Assembly (NCBI GenBank): GCA_028279595.1
Contig: JANQNK010000001.1
Span: 160,001 to 224,000, forward strand
Direction of reading: 5' to 3'
Source of the DNA: Thermoplasmatota archaeon
GTDB taxonomy: Archaea > Thermoplasmatota > JAKEGO01
DNA length: 64,000 bases
A program made the translations under genes and the position numbers. Below the pieces are notes generated by a model. It saw only the letters and a list, made by a program, of their open reading frames with translations, did not search any database and was not told the origin of the DNA. Positions 48,089 through 57,718 of this stretch are shown piece after piece (positions within the stretch are counted from its first letter, which is position 1; every line of letters starts with the position of its first letter).

Positions 48089-50667
48089 TCCGCCAGGCAC
48101 CCCTTTACCAGCTCGACGATGTCCATGACCTTGATCCTCGGACCCCCTTCCTTGGAGAGACGTCTCGCCGCCTGCGCGAGGTTGTCCTTGCATGTCGGAC
48201 ATCCCGAGACCACCAATTGGGCACCGGTATCCGCAGCCTGTCTCATCCTGTCAAGCGCGATGTCCAGGCTCATCTCGTTCCGGAAGCCCTTCAGGCCGCC
48301 TCCACCGCCGCAGCACATCGCCTTGTCCCTGTTCAACGGGAACTCGACGAGATCCAGTCCGGGAATGCTCTTCAACAGCTCCCTGGGCGGCTCGAACATC
48401 CCGCTGTGCCTTCCGAGGTCGCACGGGTCGTGGTATGCGACGGTCTTGGGGAGATCCTTCAACCTGAGCCGTTCATCCTTCACGAGTTCGAGGAGGTACT
48501 CGATGTCGTGGAGTACCCTGTGGTCCCAGTTCTCCAGCACCTCGGGATATATCTCGTTCATCGTGCGGTAGCATCCCGCACAGGTGGTCACAATGGTCTT
48601 GGGCCCAACGGCGTCGATCGCGTTCTGGACCTTCTCCATGGCCGTCCTGTCACCCGACCCGATCAGGTAGTTTAGGAAGCCGCAGCACGACTCGTCGTCG
48701 CCCAGGGCCGAGAAACTCACTCCAGCCGAGTTCATTATCTCCATCATGGCAGGGATGACCCTGAACTCCTGGTATGACGCAACACACCCGAAGAACAACA
48801 GTGCTTCAGGGTCCTCGACCGGTCCGTAGTCCTTCGGATAGAAGTCCGCCCTCTTGTCTGCCGGGTCACCGAAGGGATTCCCGTGTTCGAGGATGTTCTC
48901 CGCGGCGACGGCGTGGACCTCGGGCACCAGCCCCTCCGAGGTGAAGTGCGCCCTGATCCCCTGGATGACGTCCGTGACCTTGATGCCGGAGGGACAGACC
49001 GACTGGCAGAAGTTGCACATGGAACAGATGAAGAAGGCGTCGGCGATCTCGTCGACCGGGACGTCCCTGCCCATGAGCATGGAATAAGCCTGCTGGATCC
49101 TTCCGCGGGCCATGGTCGACTCCCTGCCGGACATCCTGAAGACAGGACAACCCGCGCGACAGAAGCCGCACTGGACGCAGACCAGTATCTCGTCGTCGAT
49201 CTCGTCCCCGAAGGACATGGCGAACTCTCCGGTATCGTAGAGCTCGTCGAACGCCCAGCGCTTGAAGACGCCGTCGATCTTGGGATCGAAGCCGAGCTTG
49301 CCCGGATTCATTATCCCCTTCGGATCGAGGGCGTCCTTGATCGTCTTCATCACGTCGTGGGCGACCTCTCCTGTCTCACGTCGAACGAATGGCGCCTTGG
49401 ACATGCCGACGCCGTGCTCCGCCGAGATCGTCCCGCCGTGCTTGAGCGCGATGTCCACCAGCTCCTCCGCCAATTCCTTCACGCCGTCCCATTGCTTCCT
49501 GTCTGTCGGGTCCCCGACGAACACGGCATGGAGATTGCCGTCCCCGACGTGGCCGAAGGTGGCCAATTTTACGCCATACCTCTCTGGCAGTTCCTGTATC
49601 TCCCTGATGGCCTCGGGGATGGACGCGATCGGGACCCCGATGTCCTCGAGGATAGGAATGAGCCTGTTCCTCGGCTTCCACCTTGATAGCGACGGGACCA
49701 GCACCCCCCGGCCGGCCCACATCTCGACCCTGCGTGAGGGATCGTCCGTGAACTCGACGCCCACTGCCCCGTGCTTATTGCAGATCGCCATTACCCTGTC
49801 CATCTGGTCCTTGACCGCCGATTCGTGACCGTCCAGCTCCATGATGAGATAGGTCGCAACGTCGGGAAGGTCCATGCCCTTCGCCTGGTTGACCGTCCTT
49901 ATGCTCATGTTGTCCATGATCTCGCAAGTAGAGAGCTGGATGCCCGAGGTCAGGATTTCCGTCACGGCGTCCCCGTTCGCCTCGAGGGTCTCGAATGCGG
50001 CCGTCACTATCCCTGTATACTCAGGTTTCGGGGATATCTTGAGCGTGAGTTCGGTGATCACGCCGAGGGTCCCTTCGGCCATGGCGAACAGGTGCGACAG
50101 GTTGTATCCGGTCGATGACTTGGGAGCCTTCCGTCCCGTCCTCACGACACGGCCGTCCGCGAGCACGACCTCCATCCCCATGACGTAGTCCTGGGTCGTG
50201 CCGTATTTCATTGCCCTTACGCCCGAGGCGTTCAGCGACACCATGCCACCGAGCGTGCAGATGGGCGAGGACCCGGGGTCTGGCGGGAAGAAGTAGTCCG
50301 GACCGAGCGCCGCGTTCAGGTCGTTGCAGATTATCCCCGGCTCGCAGACGACGTAGCCGTTGGGCTTGTTGATCTCGACGATCCCGTTCATCTTCGAGAC
50401 GTTCAGGATTATCCCGCCGTAGGCCGCCAGCGACGCTCCTGTGACGGACGTTCCCGCAGCTCGCGGGGTTACCGGGATCTCCCTTTCGTTCGCGAGCTTG
50501 AGGATCTCCACGACATGGTCCCTGTTGAGGGCGAAAACGACCGCATCTGGCTCCGCCTGGTGGACGGACATGTCCCTGGAATAGGACATCATCTCCACAC
50601 GGTCCGTGAACACGTTCTCGTCGCCGACTATCTTGCGTAGGTCGTCCGCGTATTCAGGCTCGGTCAA
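48085..50667 (-). CDS. FAD-linked D-2-hydroxyacid dehydrogenase, GlcD-GlcF(Fe-S/CCG) fusion
   Basis: PPDPGS, GH.GDGNLH, EHGVG..K, DP.GIMNPGK, two ferredoxin motifs, two CCG domains. Confidence 0.88.
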   Translation of the reverse strand: MTEPEYADDLRKIVGDENVFTDRVEMMSYSRDMSVHQAEPDAVVFALNRDHVVEILKLANEREIPVTPRAAGTSVTGASLAAYGGIILNVSKMNGIVEINKPNGYVVCEPGIICNDLNAALGPDYFFPPDPGSSPICTLGGMVSLNASGVRAMKYGTTQDYVMGMEVVLADGRVVRTGRKAPKSSTGYNLSHLFAMAEGTLGVITELTLKISPKPEYTGIVTAAFETLEANGDAVTEILTSGIQLSTCEIMDNMSIRTVNQAKGMDLPDVATYLIMELDGHESAVKDQMDRVMAICNKHGAVGVEFTDDPSRRVEMWAGRGVLVPSLSRWKPRNRLIPILEDIGVPIASIPEAIREIQELPERYGVKLATFGHVGDGNLHAVFVGDPTDRKQWDGVKELAEELVDIALKHGGTISAEHGVGMSKAPFVRRETGEVAHDVMKTIKDALDPKGIMNPGKLGFDPKIDGVFKRWAFDELYDTGEFAMSFGDEIDDEILVCVQCGFCRAGCPVFRMSGRESTMARGRIQQAYSMLMGRDVPVDEIADAFFICSMCNFCQSVCPSGIKVTDVIQGIRAHFTSEGLVPEVHAVAAENILEHGNPFGDPADKRADFYPKDYGPVEDPEALLFFGCVASYQEFRVIPAMMEIMNSAGVSFSALGDDESCCGFLNYLIGSGDRTAMEKVQNAIDAVGPKTIVTTCAGCYRTMNEIYPEVLENWDHRVLHDIEYLLELVKDERLRLKDLPKTVAYHDPCDLGRHSGMFEPPRELLKSIPGLDLVEFPLNRDKAMCCGGGGGLKGFRNEMSLDIALDRMRQAADTGAQLVVSGCPTCKDNLAQAARRLSKEGGPRIKVMDIVELVKGCLAE

Positions 50668-51623
50668 GGCATCGCCTCCTTCGGAACTTTTGACCGCCTC
50701 TCCCTGCCGCGGACCAGTGAGGTCAAGGCATCGTTGTAGGGCGTCGATATCCCATGATCACGGCCGTACTCCACGACCTTGGCGTTCATGTAATCGATCT
50801 CGGTGCGCCTTTCGTTCAACACGTCGACGGCCATCGAGGGCATGTGGTAGCCGGTCCTGTCCAGCCATCCCATGCATCCTTCAAGGAATCCCTCGGGGAA
50901 ATAGTATTCGAGTGCCTCCGAGACCACGATCCCCTCGCGCATGAGCTCCCTCGCGAGATCCCTCGTTTCCTTGTACTCCATCATCTCCTTCATCGTCTTC
51001 TGGGTCATGGAGCATAGCGCAGCAAGCCCGAGGTTGAGTATCAACTTCTCCCATTCGTGCCACTTGATCTCGGCCGTGAACTCAGTGAAGAGCCCGGCCT
51101 GGTTCAAGCTCTCAGCCACGTTCCGTCCCACTGCCTGTGTGGCTCCGTCCACCCCGCCGATGTAATTTGGCGCGTTGAAGAAGTTCATCTGGAGCCTTCC
51201 GTCACCGACGATGTTCCCGCCATAGTTGACGACGAACCGCAGGACGGTGTCGTCGCCGAAGAATTTCGCGAGCAGTTCCTCGTTCTCCAGTCCGTTCTGG
51301 AGGCTTACGAAGGTCATGTCGGGGTGCCTGATGTCAAGGACCTTGGGTAGGACGATCGGCAGAACTGGCGCCTTGACCGAGATGAACAGGACGTCGACAT
51401 CCTTCCCCTCGAGGTCCGCGATGTCCGTCAGGACGTCCTCTGGCGGGAACTCGACCGTCATGTCCACGATCCCGGTCACCCGCAATCCATCGGACCTGAT
51501 CGCGTTCATGTGTCCTTCGAGGATGTCGACGAGCACGACATCATGACCGGCGTTACGTAGATAGGCTGCCATTATCCCCCCGACCGGCCCGACTCCGACG
51601 ACACCGAACCGCGGGGACGACAT
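50664..51623 (-). CDS. panE: Ketopantoate reductase family (2-oxoacid reductase)
   Basis: GVGPVGG, VK, SLQNG, WEKL..N, PSM..D....RTEID..N. Confidence 0.8.
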   Translation of the reverse strand: MSSPRFGVVGVGPVGGIMAAYLRNAGHDVVLVDILEGHMNAIRSDGLRVTGIVDMTVEFPPEDVLTDIADLEGKDVDVLFISVKAPVLPIVLPKVLDIRHPDMTFVSLQNGLENEELLAKFFGDDTVLRFVVNYGGNIVGDGRLQMNFFNAPNYIGGVDGATQAVGRNVAESLNQAGLFTEFTAEIKWHEWEKLILNLGLAALCSMTQKTMKEMMEYKETRDLARELMREGIVVSEALEYYFPEGFLEGCMGWLDRTGYHMPSMAVDVLNERRTEIDYMNAKVVEYGRDHGISTPYNDALTSLVRGRERRSKVPKEAMP

Positions 51624-51624
51624 C

Positions 51625-53181
51625 TCAATCCTCCTCCCCGCCGTAACGCTCCCTTAGCGTCCTGTGGAGCTTCTTGCCCGAGAGGGTGCGAGGCATCTCC
51701 TCGTCCTTGATGAAGATCACCCTTTTCGGTCGTTTGTACCTGGCGACCTTGTCCCAGCAATAATCGATGATCGCCTCCTCGTCGATGTGGGCGTTCGCCT
51801 TGGGCACGACGACGGCCGTGACCCGCTCCCCCCACTTCTCGTCGGGAAGGCCGATGATGGCAACGTCGAACACGCCTGGATGGTTCCCGATCACGCCCTC
51901 AACCTCGCTCGGGTAGACGTGCTCGCCTCCCGTGATTATCATGTTGTTCTTCCTGTCCACGATCGAATAGAACCCGTCACTGTCGACGGTCGCCATGTCG
52001 CCGGCGCTGAACCAATCCCCGATGAACGAGTCGGCCGTCTTCTCGGGCATCTTGTAGTACTCGTCGAACAGCATGGGTCCGCGTGAGTACAGCTCGCCGA
52101 CCTCGCCCACCTCCACCTCGTTCCCTTCGGCGTCGAGGAGCTTGACGTAGTCGGTGCCGAGGGATTCGAACCCGATCGAGCCGAGCTTACGCATCTGGTC
52201 CTCGGGCTTCAGTGTGGTCACGATTCCCGCTTCCGTGGAGCCGTAGCCCTCGTAGAGCTCGACACCCTTGAAGAAGTCCATGATGGCCAGCTTCATGTCC
52301 TTGCGGACCGGAGCGGACGAGCAGAGGAGTTTCCGTATCGATGATACGTCCCGTTTCCTCTCCTCCTCGGTCGCGTTGAGGATGATGTTGTAATGGGTCG
52401 GGATGAGGGATATGAACGTGATCCTCTCCCTCTCGATGGTCTCCAGTATCTCCGCGGCCTTGAACGACCTTGCGGGATAGACGAAGACCGAGCCGCCGAT
52501 GTATGTGAATATGAACGTGAAGAAGATGGAGTTGATGTGGCACAGCGGCATGACGTTGAGACAGGTGTCGTGCTCGCTGAACCCGAAGTCGACTGCGTTG
52601 ATCAGATAGAACGAGACGTGGGATTCGTGCGACCTCACAACACCCTTCGGGACTCCCGTCGTTCCCGAGGTGTAGATCAGCACCCAGGTGTCCTCCGGGT
52701 CCACTACGGCATCCGGCTCGTCCTCCGCGGAGTCGCCGATGAAATCCTCGTACTCGATGTATCCGTCGGCCTCCCCGCCAACGGAGATGAACCGTCCGGT
52801 TGAGATGTCCTTCAGGTTCCCCCGGATGGATTCGACGGTCGGAACGAACTCGACATCGGCGATCATCGCCTTGGCATCGGAGTTCTGCACGATGTACTCG
52901 ATCTCCCGGGCCACCAGGCGGAAGTTGATCGGAACGATGACGAGGCCCGTCTTCGCGGTCGCAAGGAAGATCTCGCAGATCTCGATGCTGTTCTCCATCA
53001 GCACAGCGACCTTGTCCCCCTTCGCCAGTCCCATGGACATCAGGCTGTGGCAGAGCTGGTTCACCCTCACGTTCGTCTCGGGATACGTGTAGGTCCTCTT
53101 CGCATCCTTGAACGCTACGTTGTTCGGGAACTTCTTCGAGTTCACCTTGAAGAGCTGTCCCAGGTTCAGCCATGGCGCCAT
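51625..53181 (-). CDS. AMP-forming acyl/aryl-CoA ligase
   Basis: YTSGTTGVPKG, YGSTE, GD, DRK..MI.TGG, PRTLSGK. Confidence 0.92.
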   Translation of the reverse strand: MAPWLNLGQLFKVNSKKFPNNVAFKDAKRTYTYPETNVRVNQLCHSLMSMGLAKGDKVAVLMENSIEICEIFLATAKTGLVIVPINFRLVAREIEYIVQNSDAKAMIADVEFVPTVESIRGNLKDISTGRFISVGGEADGYIEYEDFIGDSAEDEPDAVVDPEDTWVLIYTSGTTGVPKGVVRSHESHVSFYLINAVDFGFSEHDTCLNVMPLCHINSIFFTFIFTYIGGSVFVYPARSFKAAEILETIERERITFISLIPTHYNIILNATEEERKRDVSSIRKLLCSSAPVRKDMKLAIMDFFKGVELYEGYGSTEAGIVTTLKPEDQMRKLGSIGFESLGTDYVKLLDAEGNEVEVGEVGELYSRGPMLFDEYYKMPEKTADSFIGDWFSAGDMATVDSDGFYSIVDRKNNMIITGGEHVYPSEVEGVIGNHPGVFDVAIIGLPDEKWGERVTAVVVPKANAHIDEEAIIDYCWDKVARYKRPKRVIFIKDEEMPRTLSGKKLHRTLRERYGGEED

Positions 53182-53182
53182 T

Positions 53183-55270
53183 TCAACCCTCCTTCATTCC
53201 TATCCTTGCATCTACCACTGTGATCCTGTCCTCGTGGGCTATTATCGGATTGAGATCGATCTCCCTGATCGCGGGCATGTCGGTCACGAGCTGTGATATC
53301 CTCTGAATTACCTCGATGACCGTATCCCTGTCCACGCCGCTCCTGCCCCTGAAGCCGGTGAGCAGCTTGGAAGCCTTCAGGCTGTCGAGCATCTCCCCTG
53401 CCTCGCTGTCCCTCACTGGAGCGACGGCGAAGGACACGTCCTCCAGGAGCTCGACGTAGACTCCGCCGATGCCGAACATGACGAGATGACCGAGCCCCTC
53501 CTCCTCCGTCGCACCGACGATGACCTCCGTGCCGCCCTCGACGTATCCCTGTACAAGGAACTCGAGGTCGTCGGCCGCGATTCTCCGGGTCATACCGTTG
53601 GCTGCCTCCCGCACTGCGTCGCCGTCCCGCAGGTCGAGGGCGACCCCGCCCTCGTCGCTCTTGTGGACCACCGACGATGACTCCGCCTTCAGCACGACGG
53701 GGAAGCCGATCTCCTCTGCGGCCCTCACAGCGTCCTCGGCACCGGTTGCCCTCCTCCAGGGAGCGACCGGTATCCCGTATGATTCGAGTATACCGTACGT
53801 GTCGGCAGACCTGAGGAACTCCCGCCCCTCGTCGAAGGCGCCGTCGATTATCTCCCTGGCCCCCTGGACGTAGATGTCATCGAAGGTCCTGATCTCGCCC
53901 CCCGTGTTGGCCCTGAGCTCATTGTAACGTGTGAGCGCGATGAGCGATCTTGCGGCGGTCTCCGGGAAACTGTAGCATGGAACCCCGCCGTCCTTGAGCG
54001 TCCCTATCGTCGTCGACCACTGGTTCTTGTCGGTCATGAGGTTGCATATGATGGGTTTCTTCGCGACTGCGTTCACCTCGGCGATCTCCTTTGCTATGGA
54101 TTCGGTGTCGACGAAGAACGGCGTGACGAAGTTGATGTAGACACTGTCGATATCGTCCTCGTCCATGAGAGTGTCGATTGCGGCCCTGAAATGTCCCGCG
54201 TTCGCCGTCGCCAACACGTCTATCGGATTGTTGATGGACGCGGCTTCGTACAGGTTCTCCTTCAGGGAGGATGCGGCACCCTCGCTCAATGGAGGGATCT
54301 CCAGGCCTGCGTCGACGAGCTCGTCCGTAGCGATGATCGCAGGTCCACCGGTGTTCGTGATGAGTCCGACACGCCTCCCATCCGGAATGGGCTGCGACGC
54401 GAACGCGACCGCTGCCTGGCAGAGTTCCTCCTCGTCCCTGAACGTCAGGATCCCTGTCCTCTTGAATATCAATTCCGTTGCTATCTCCTTCCTGGCGAGA
54501 CCGCCAGTGTGTGACGAGGCAGCCTTCGCCCCCTCGTCGGTCCGGCCGGCCTTCATTCCGAGGATGGGCTTCTTGGCCGCAACCTCGGCAGCGGCGTCCA
54601 TGAACTCCTTGGGATTCGGGAGCCCCTCGACGTAGAGCACGATGACCCTCGTCTCCGGATCGTCCCCCCAGTACCTGATGATCTCCGGTATGGAGACGTC
54701 GCACGCGTTCCCGTTGGAGGCGTACATGCGGACACCTACTCCCAGTTCGGAGAACCTCTGGTTGATGACCTCGGCCACGCCGCCGCTCTGGGCGACGATG
54801 GAGATGTGACCAGGCGTCGGCTTCGTGAACGTGAAGTTGCAGTAGGCCCTGATCTCGGGATCGGTGTTGATGATGCCCTGGCAGTTCGGGCCGAAGACCC
54901 GGATGCCGTGCTTCCGGGCCGTCTCGACGACCTGTCTCTCGAGATCCTCGCCCTCCCCTCCGACCTCCTTGAAGCCAGCGGTGTTGACGATGACTACCTT
55001 GACCCCCTTCTTCCCGCAGTCGTCGATCGCCATCGGGACGAACTTGTTCGGTATCACGATATGGACGAGGTCTACCTCGCCAGGAACGTCCGTGATCGAA
55101 TCGTAGGCCTTGATCCCTCGGACCTCGTCGGCCTTCGGATTGATGGGATAGATCGGTCCCGTGTACCCGAAGTCCTGGAGGTTCTTGATGACCCGGTTGC
55201 CTATGGAGAGCTCCTTAGTGGAGGCACCGATTACGGCGACGGAACCGGGTTTGAAGAGGTGGTCCAGCAT
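53183..55270 (-). CDS. ADP-forming acyl-CoA synthetase (ACD alpha-beta fusion)
   Basis: VAVIGAS, GPNCQG, QSGG, SSHTG phospho-His, NPIDV, ATP-grasp HKSD.GGV, EIDLNP. Confidence 0.9.
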   Translation of the reverse strand: MLDHLFKPGSVAVIGASTKELSIGNRVIKNLQDFGYTGPIYPINPKADEVRGIKAYDSITDVPGEVDLVHIVIPNKFVPMAIDDCGKKGVKVVIVNTAGFKEVGGEGEDLERQVVETARKHGIRVFGPNCQGIINTDPEIRAYCNFTFTKPTPGHISIVAQSGGVAEVINQRFSELGVGVRMYASNGNACDVSIPEIIRYWGDDPETRVIVLYVEGLPNPKEFMDAAAEVAAKKPILGMKAGRTDEGAKAASSHTGGLARKEIATELIFKRTGILTFRDEEELCQAAVAFASQPIPDGRRVGLITNTGGPAIIATDELVDAGLEIPPLSEGAASSLKENLYEAASINNPIDVLATANAGHFRAAIDTLMDEDDIDSVYINFVTPFFVDTESIAKEIAEVNAVAKKPIICNLMTDKNQWSTTIGTLKDGGVPCYSFPETAARSLIALTRYNELRANTGGEIRTFDDIYVQGAREIIDGAFDEGREFLRSADTYGILESYGIPVAPWRRATGAEDAVRAAEEIGFPVVLKAESSSVVHKSDEGGVALDLRDGDAVREAANGMTRRIAADDLEFLVQGYVEGGTEVIVGATEEEGLGHLVMFGIGGVYVELLEDVSFAVAPVRDSEAGEMLDSLKASKLLTGFRGRSGVDRDTVIEVIQRISQLVTDMPAIREIDLNPIIAHEDRITVVDARIGMKEG

Positions 55271-55274
55271 ATGT

Positions 55275-56513
55275 CTACCTCTCCTCCAGGCCCTCGATGA
55301 AGGCTTCGATGTTGGTGTTCGTCTGTTCGTCCGAGAGGCACCTCAGGTCGTTGAGGTCCCCGTTAATGGTCAGACTGGGTATTCCGGTCTCCTCCTCGAG
55401 CCTTTCGGACATTCCGTAGCGGTTGTTGCTGTTGTTCGGACAGGTCTTGGCGTCGTGATAGATGACGCCGTCCACCTTGAAGAAGTCCATCATCTGCCTG
55501 ATGTATCGCTCCTTGGCCTTGTCGGAGCGAACGATGAAGAGCTCCGTGTAGGCCCTGGCCATGCTGTTGAACGGATCCGCTCCGTCGAACTGCGAGAATA
55601 TCCAGCTGTTGCAGTAGGTCGAGGCGACGACGTTCGTCCTGAGATTCGAGAACATCATGGAATGGTCGCGCAGGCGCCCCCAGATGGGCATCCCCTCCCA
55701 GAAGAGGCGGAACCGCTCTCCCTCGACCGCTCCCACCCCGTCCTTGACGCGCTCCTCGAGCTCGGCCAGCAGGGTCGTGTAGTAATCCACGGCATCCTGG
55801 GTTCCACGAAGGACGACGGCCGGTCCCATGTGTATTGTCCCATCGAAGAACGTGAGTGGTGAAGGAACGGCGGACGCTGTGTCCAGCACCTTCTTCCAGA
55901 GGTCCGAACATTCGCGTGAGAGCCCCACGGTCCTCTTCAGCGAGTCCCCGTCGAAGGAGGTGTCGGCCGCCTTCTCCAGCGGTTCTATGAGGTCCTCCAT
56001 CTGGCGCGCCACGGACCGGACGTGTGAGTCGCCCACGTCTCCGACACCCCTGTGAGTGTGAACACCGATGGAAGGCACCCCGAACTCCCTGGCATAGAAA
56101 GCGAACCAGTCCTGGACGTCCCTGCACTGGTTGGTGTTGTAGACCAGGATGTCTGGCTTCGGTACATGGTCGATCCCCTCGTACGCCATCGACAACGGGG
56201 TCACCCCCTGGAGGTAGGCACCGACGTCGCTCGTCAGGTACGAACAGATGTCCGGGGAGTATCCAACAGCATTGGCATGCGGGATCATGTCAGTGGACAT
56301 CCGTGTCGCCCCCAGCATCGCCCCGTGGTTCTCGGGGAAGTGCACCCTGAATCCCATGGACCTGAGGATCTCGGCGGGACCCACGCTCGTGCACCATGCG
56401 ATGGGTTTACCCGTCTTCTCGGCGTCGACGAGATCGTAGAAGTAATCTGCCATTATCTGTTTCATCTGCCCCGTCGCCATTATCTTACGTCGTTTCGGTT
56501 TGTCCTCGGTCAT
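55275..56513 (-). CDS. 2-hydroxyacyl-CoA dehydratase / BCR-family catalytic subunit (alpha-like)
   Basis: W.....P.E, FPENH, GYS.DICSY...D.G, P.PD, NQC, H..KTC, T..EAFIE. Confidence 0.85.
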   Translation of the reverse strand: MTEDKPKRRKIMATGQMKQIMADYFYDLVDAEKTGKPIAWCTSVGPAEILRSMGFRVHFPENHGAMLGATRMSTDMIPHANAVGYSPDICSYLTSDVGAYLQGVTPLSMAYEGIDHVPKPDILVYNTNQCRDVQDWFAFYAREFGVPSIGVHTHRGVGDVGDSHVRSVARQMEDLIEPLEKAADTSFDGDSLKRTVGLSRECSDLWKKVLDTASAVPSPLTFFDGTIHMGPAVVLRGTQDAVDYYTTLLAELEERVKDGVGAVEGERFRLFWEGMPIWGRLRDHSMMFSNLRTNVVASTYCNSWIFSQFDGADPFNSMARAYTELFIVRSDKAKERYIRQMMDFFKVDGVIYHDAKTCPNNSNNRYGMSERLEEETGIPSLTINGDLNDLRCLSDEQTNTNIEAFIEGLEER

Positions 56514-56585
56514 CCACTTGCCCCCCGATACTGATGACTGGGAAATGTTAACTTCTCGATATGACCCTGGTCCATATTAAATTTA

Positions 56586-56605
56586 TGTAATGCCAGTATG
56601 TTACA
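56586..56605. promoter_or_regulatory. Inverted repeat in the divergent promoter region
   Basis: TGTAA-N10-TTACA next to the AT-rich ATATTAAATTTAT. Confidence 0.4.
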
Positions 56606-56719
56606 ATTCCTCACCATTTGACACCTGACCATTACGGTCGTCACCTGTACCGGATAGGGCGTTCCCGCCACCGGCAAGGTTAATAATCCTCGGATGGCTT
56701 TCGGAACGGTCGGGTGACG

Positions 56720-57505
56720 ATGGCTGAAAGAACGTTCTTTGCCGGTATCGATGTGGGCACTTCCTACGTCAAGGCAGTGGTCATTGACCACGAGGGAGGA
56801 CTGGTCGCACGATCCGTACAACGGTCCGGGGCAGACCTCGCCGGCTCGATCACAAGGACATATGAAGAGGTCATCGGATCGGCCGGGATCACTGCCGGGG
56901 ACTTATCCCACACGACCTCGACCGGATTCGGCCGGGGGAACGCGGCCGTCGCCGAGGACTCCAAGACAGAGATAAGCTGCCACGCCAGGGGTGCGTATCA
57001 CCATTTTCCGAGGAAGATAACGGTCATCGACATCGGAGGCCAGGACACAAAGGTCATCCACGTCTCAGAGGACGGACGCCGGTCGGGGTTCAAGATGAAC
57101 CGGAAGTGCGCGGCCGGTACGGGTGCCTTCCTGGAGGAGATCGCCCACAAGATGGACATCCCGATGGAGGACATGAACGACCTCGCGTCCAGAGCGACGG
57201 ACTCCGAGGCACTGAACAGTTATTGCACGGTCTTCGCATCCAGCGAGATACTCACACGGATCCGCGAGGGGGAGAAGGTCGAGGACATGGTCCGGTCCGC
57301 ATTCGAATCGGTGGCCAGACGCGTCATCGAGATGGACACCCTCGAGGGCACGATCGTGGCGACCGGCGGGGTCGTGGCGCACAACGACATCATGCTCGAG
57401 ATCCTTTCGAAGCACGCCGGTTCCGAGGTCCTGAGGCCGCCGGACGCCCAGATGAGCGGAGCGCTAGGCGCTGCTCTCTTCGCCAGAGATACTGTGAATG
57501 ATTGA
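56720..57505 (+). CDS. CoA-substrate enzyme activase (HgdC/FldI-like)
   Basis: GIDVG, TGFGR, TEISCH, IDIGGQD.K, MN.KCAAGTG.F, S.CTVFA.SE. Confidence 0.92.
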   Translation: MAERTFFAGIDVGTSYVKAVVIDHEGGLVARSVQRSGADLAGSITRTYEEVIGSAGITAGDLSHTTSTGFGRGNAAVAEDSKTEISCHARGAYHHFPRKITVIDIGGQDTKVIHVSEDGRRSGFKMNRKCAAGTGAFLEEIAHKMDIPMEDMNDLASRATDSEALNSYCTVFASSEILTRIREGEKVEDMVRSAFESVARRVIEMDTLEGTIVATGGVVAHNDIMLEILSKHAGSEVLRPPDAQMSGALGAALFARDTVND

Positions 57506-57509
57506 ATGG

Positions 57510-57630
57510 GCGCTCGATGGCGCCCTTACGGGAGCCATCAACGCGCGTCACATGTGCTGTTCAAGGTCCTGCTGTATGTCAGAAACAGCGCTCGATGGCG
57601 TCCCTTCGGACAGCCATCAACGCGCGTCAC
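57510..57630. repeat. REP-like hairpin element, copies 3 (57510-57551) and 4 (57588-57630)
   Basis: GCGCTC-GATGGC..GCCATC-AACGCGCGTCAC twice, with different apical hairpins. Confidence 0.8.
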
Positions 57631-57718
57631 TGGTCCGTCTGAAGCCCGGTCAACGGAACCTTGCCGATAGTGTTCTCGGCAAAAGGTTATTATCCACAGA
57701 GTCGAATCGAAATCCGGC

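Noticed and set aside
53183-55270. Protein acetyltransferase Pat
   Set aside because: No fused GNAT domain, and the catalytic His (SHTG) is retained, so ADP-forming synthetase is preferred.
57510-57630. SECIS element or simple intrinsic terminators
   Set aside because: No in-frame TGA selenoprotein candidate, no archaeal SECIS GAA/A core, no U-tract, and one family copy lies between divergent genes.
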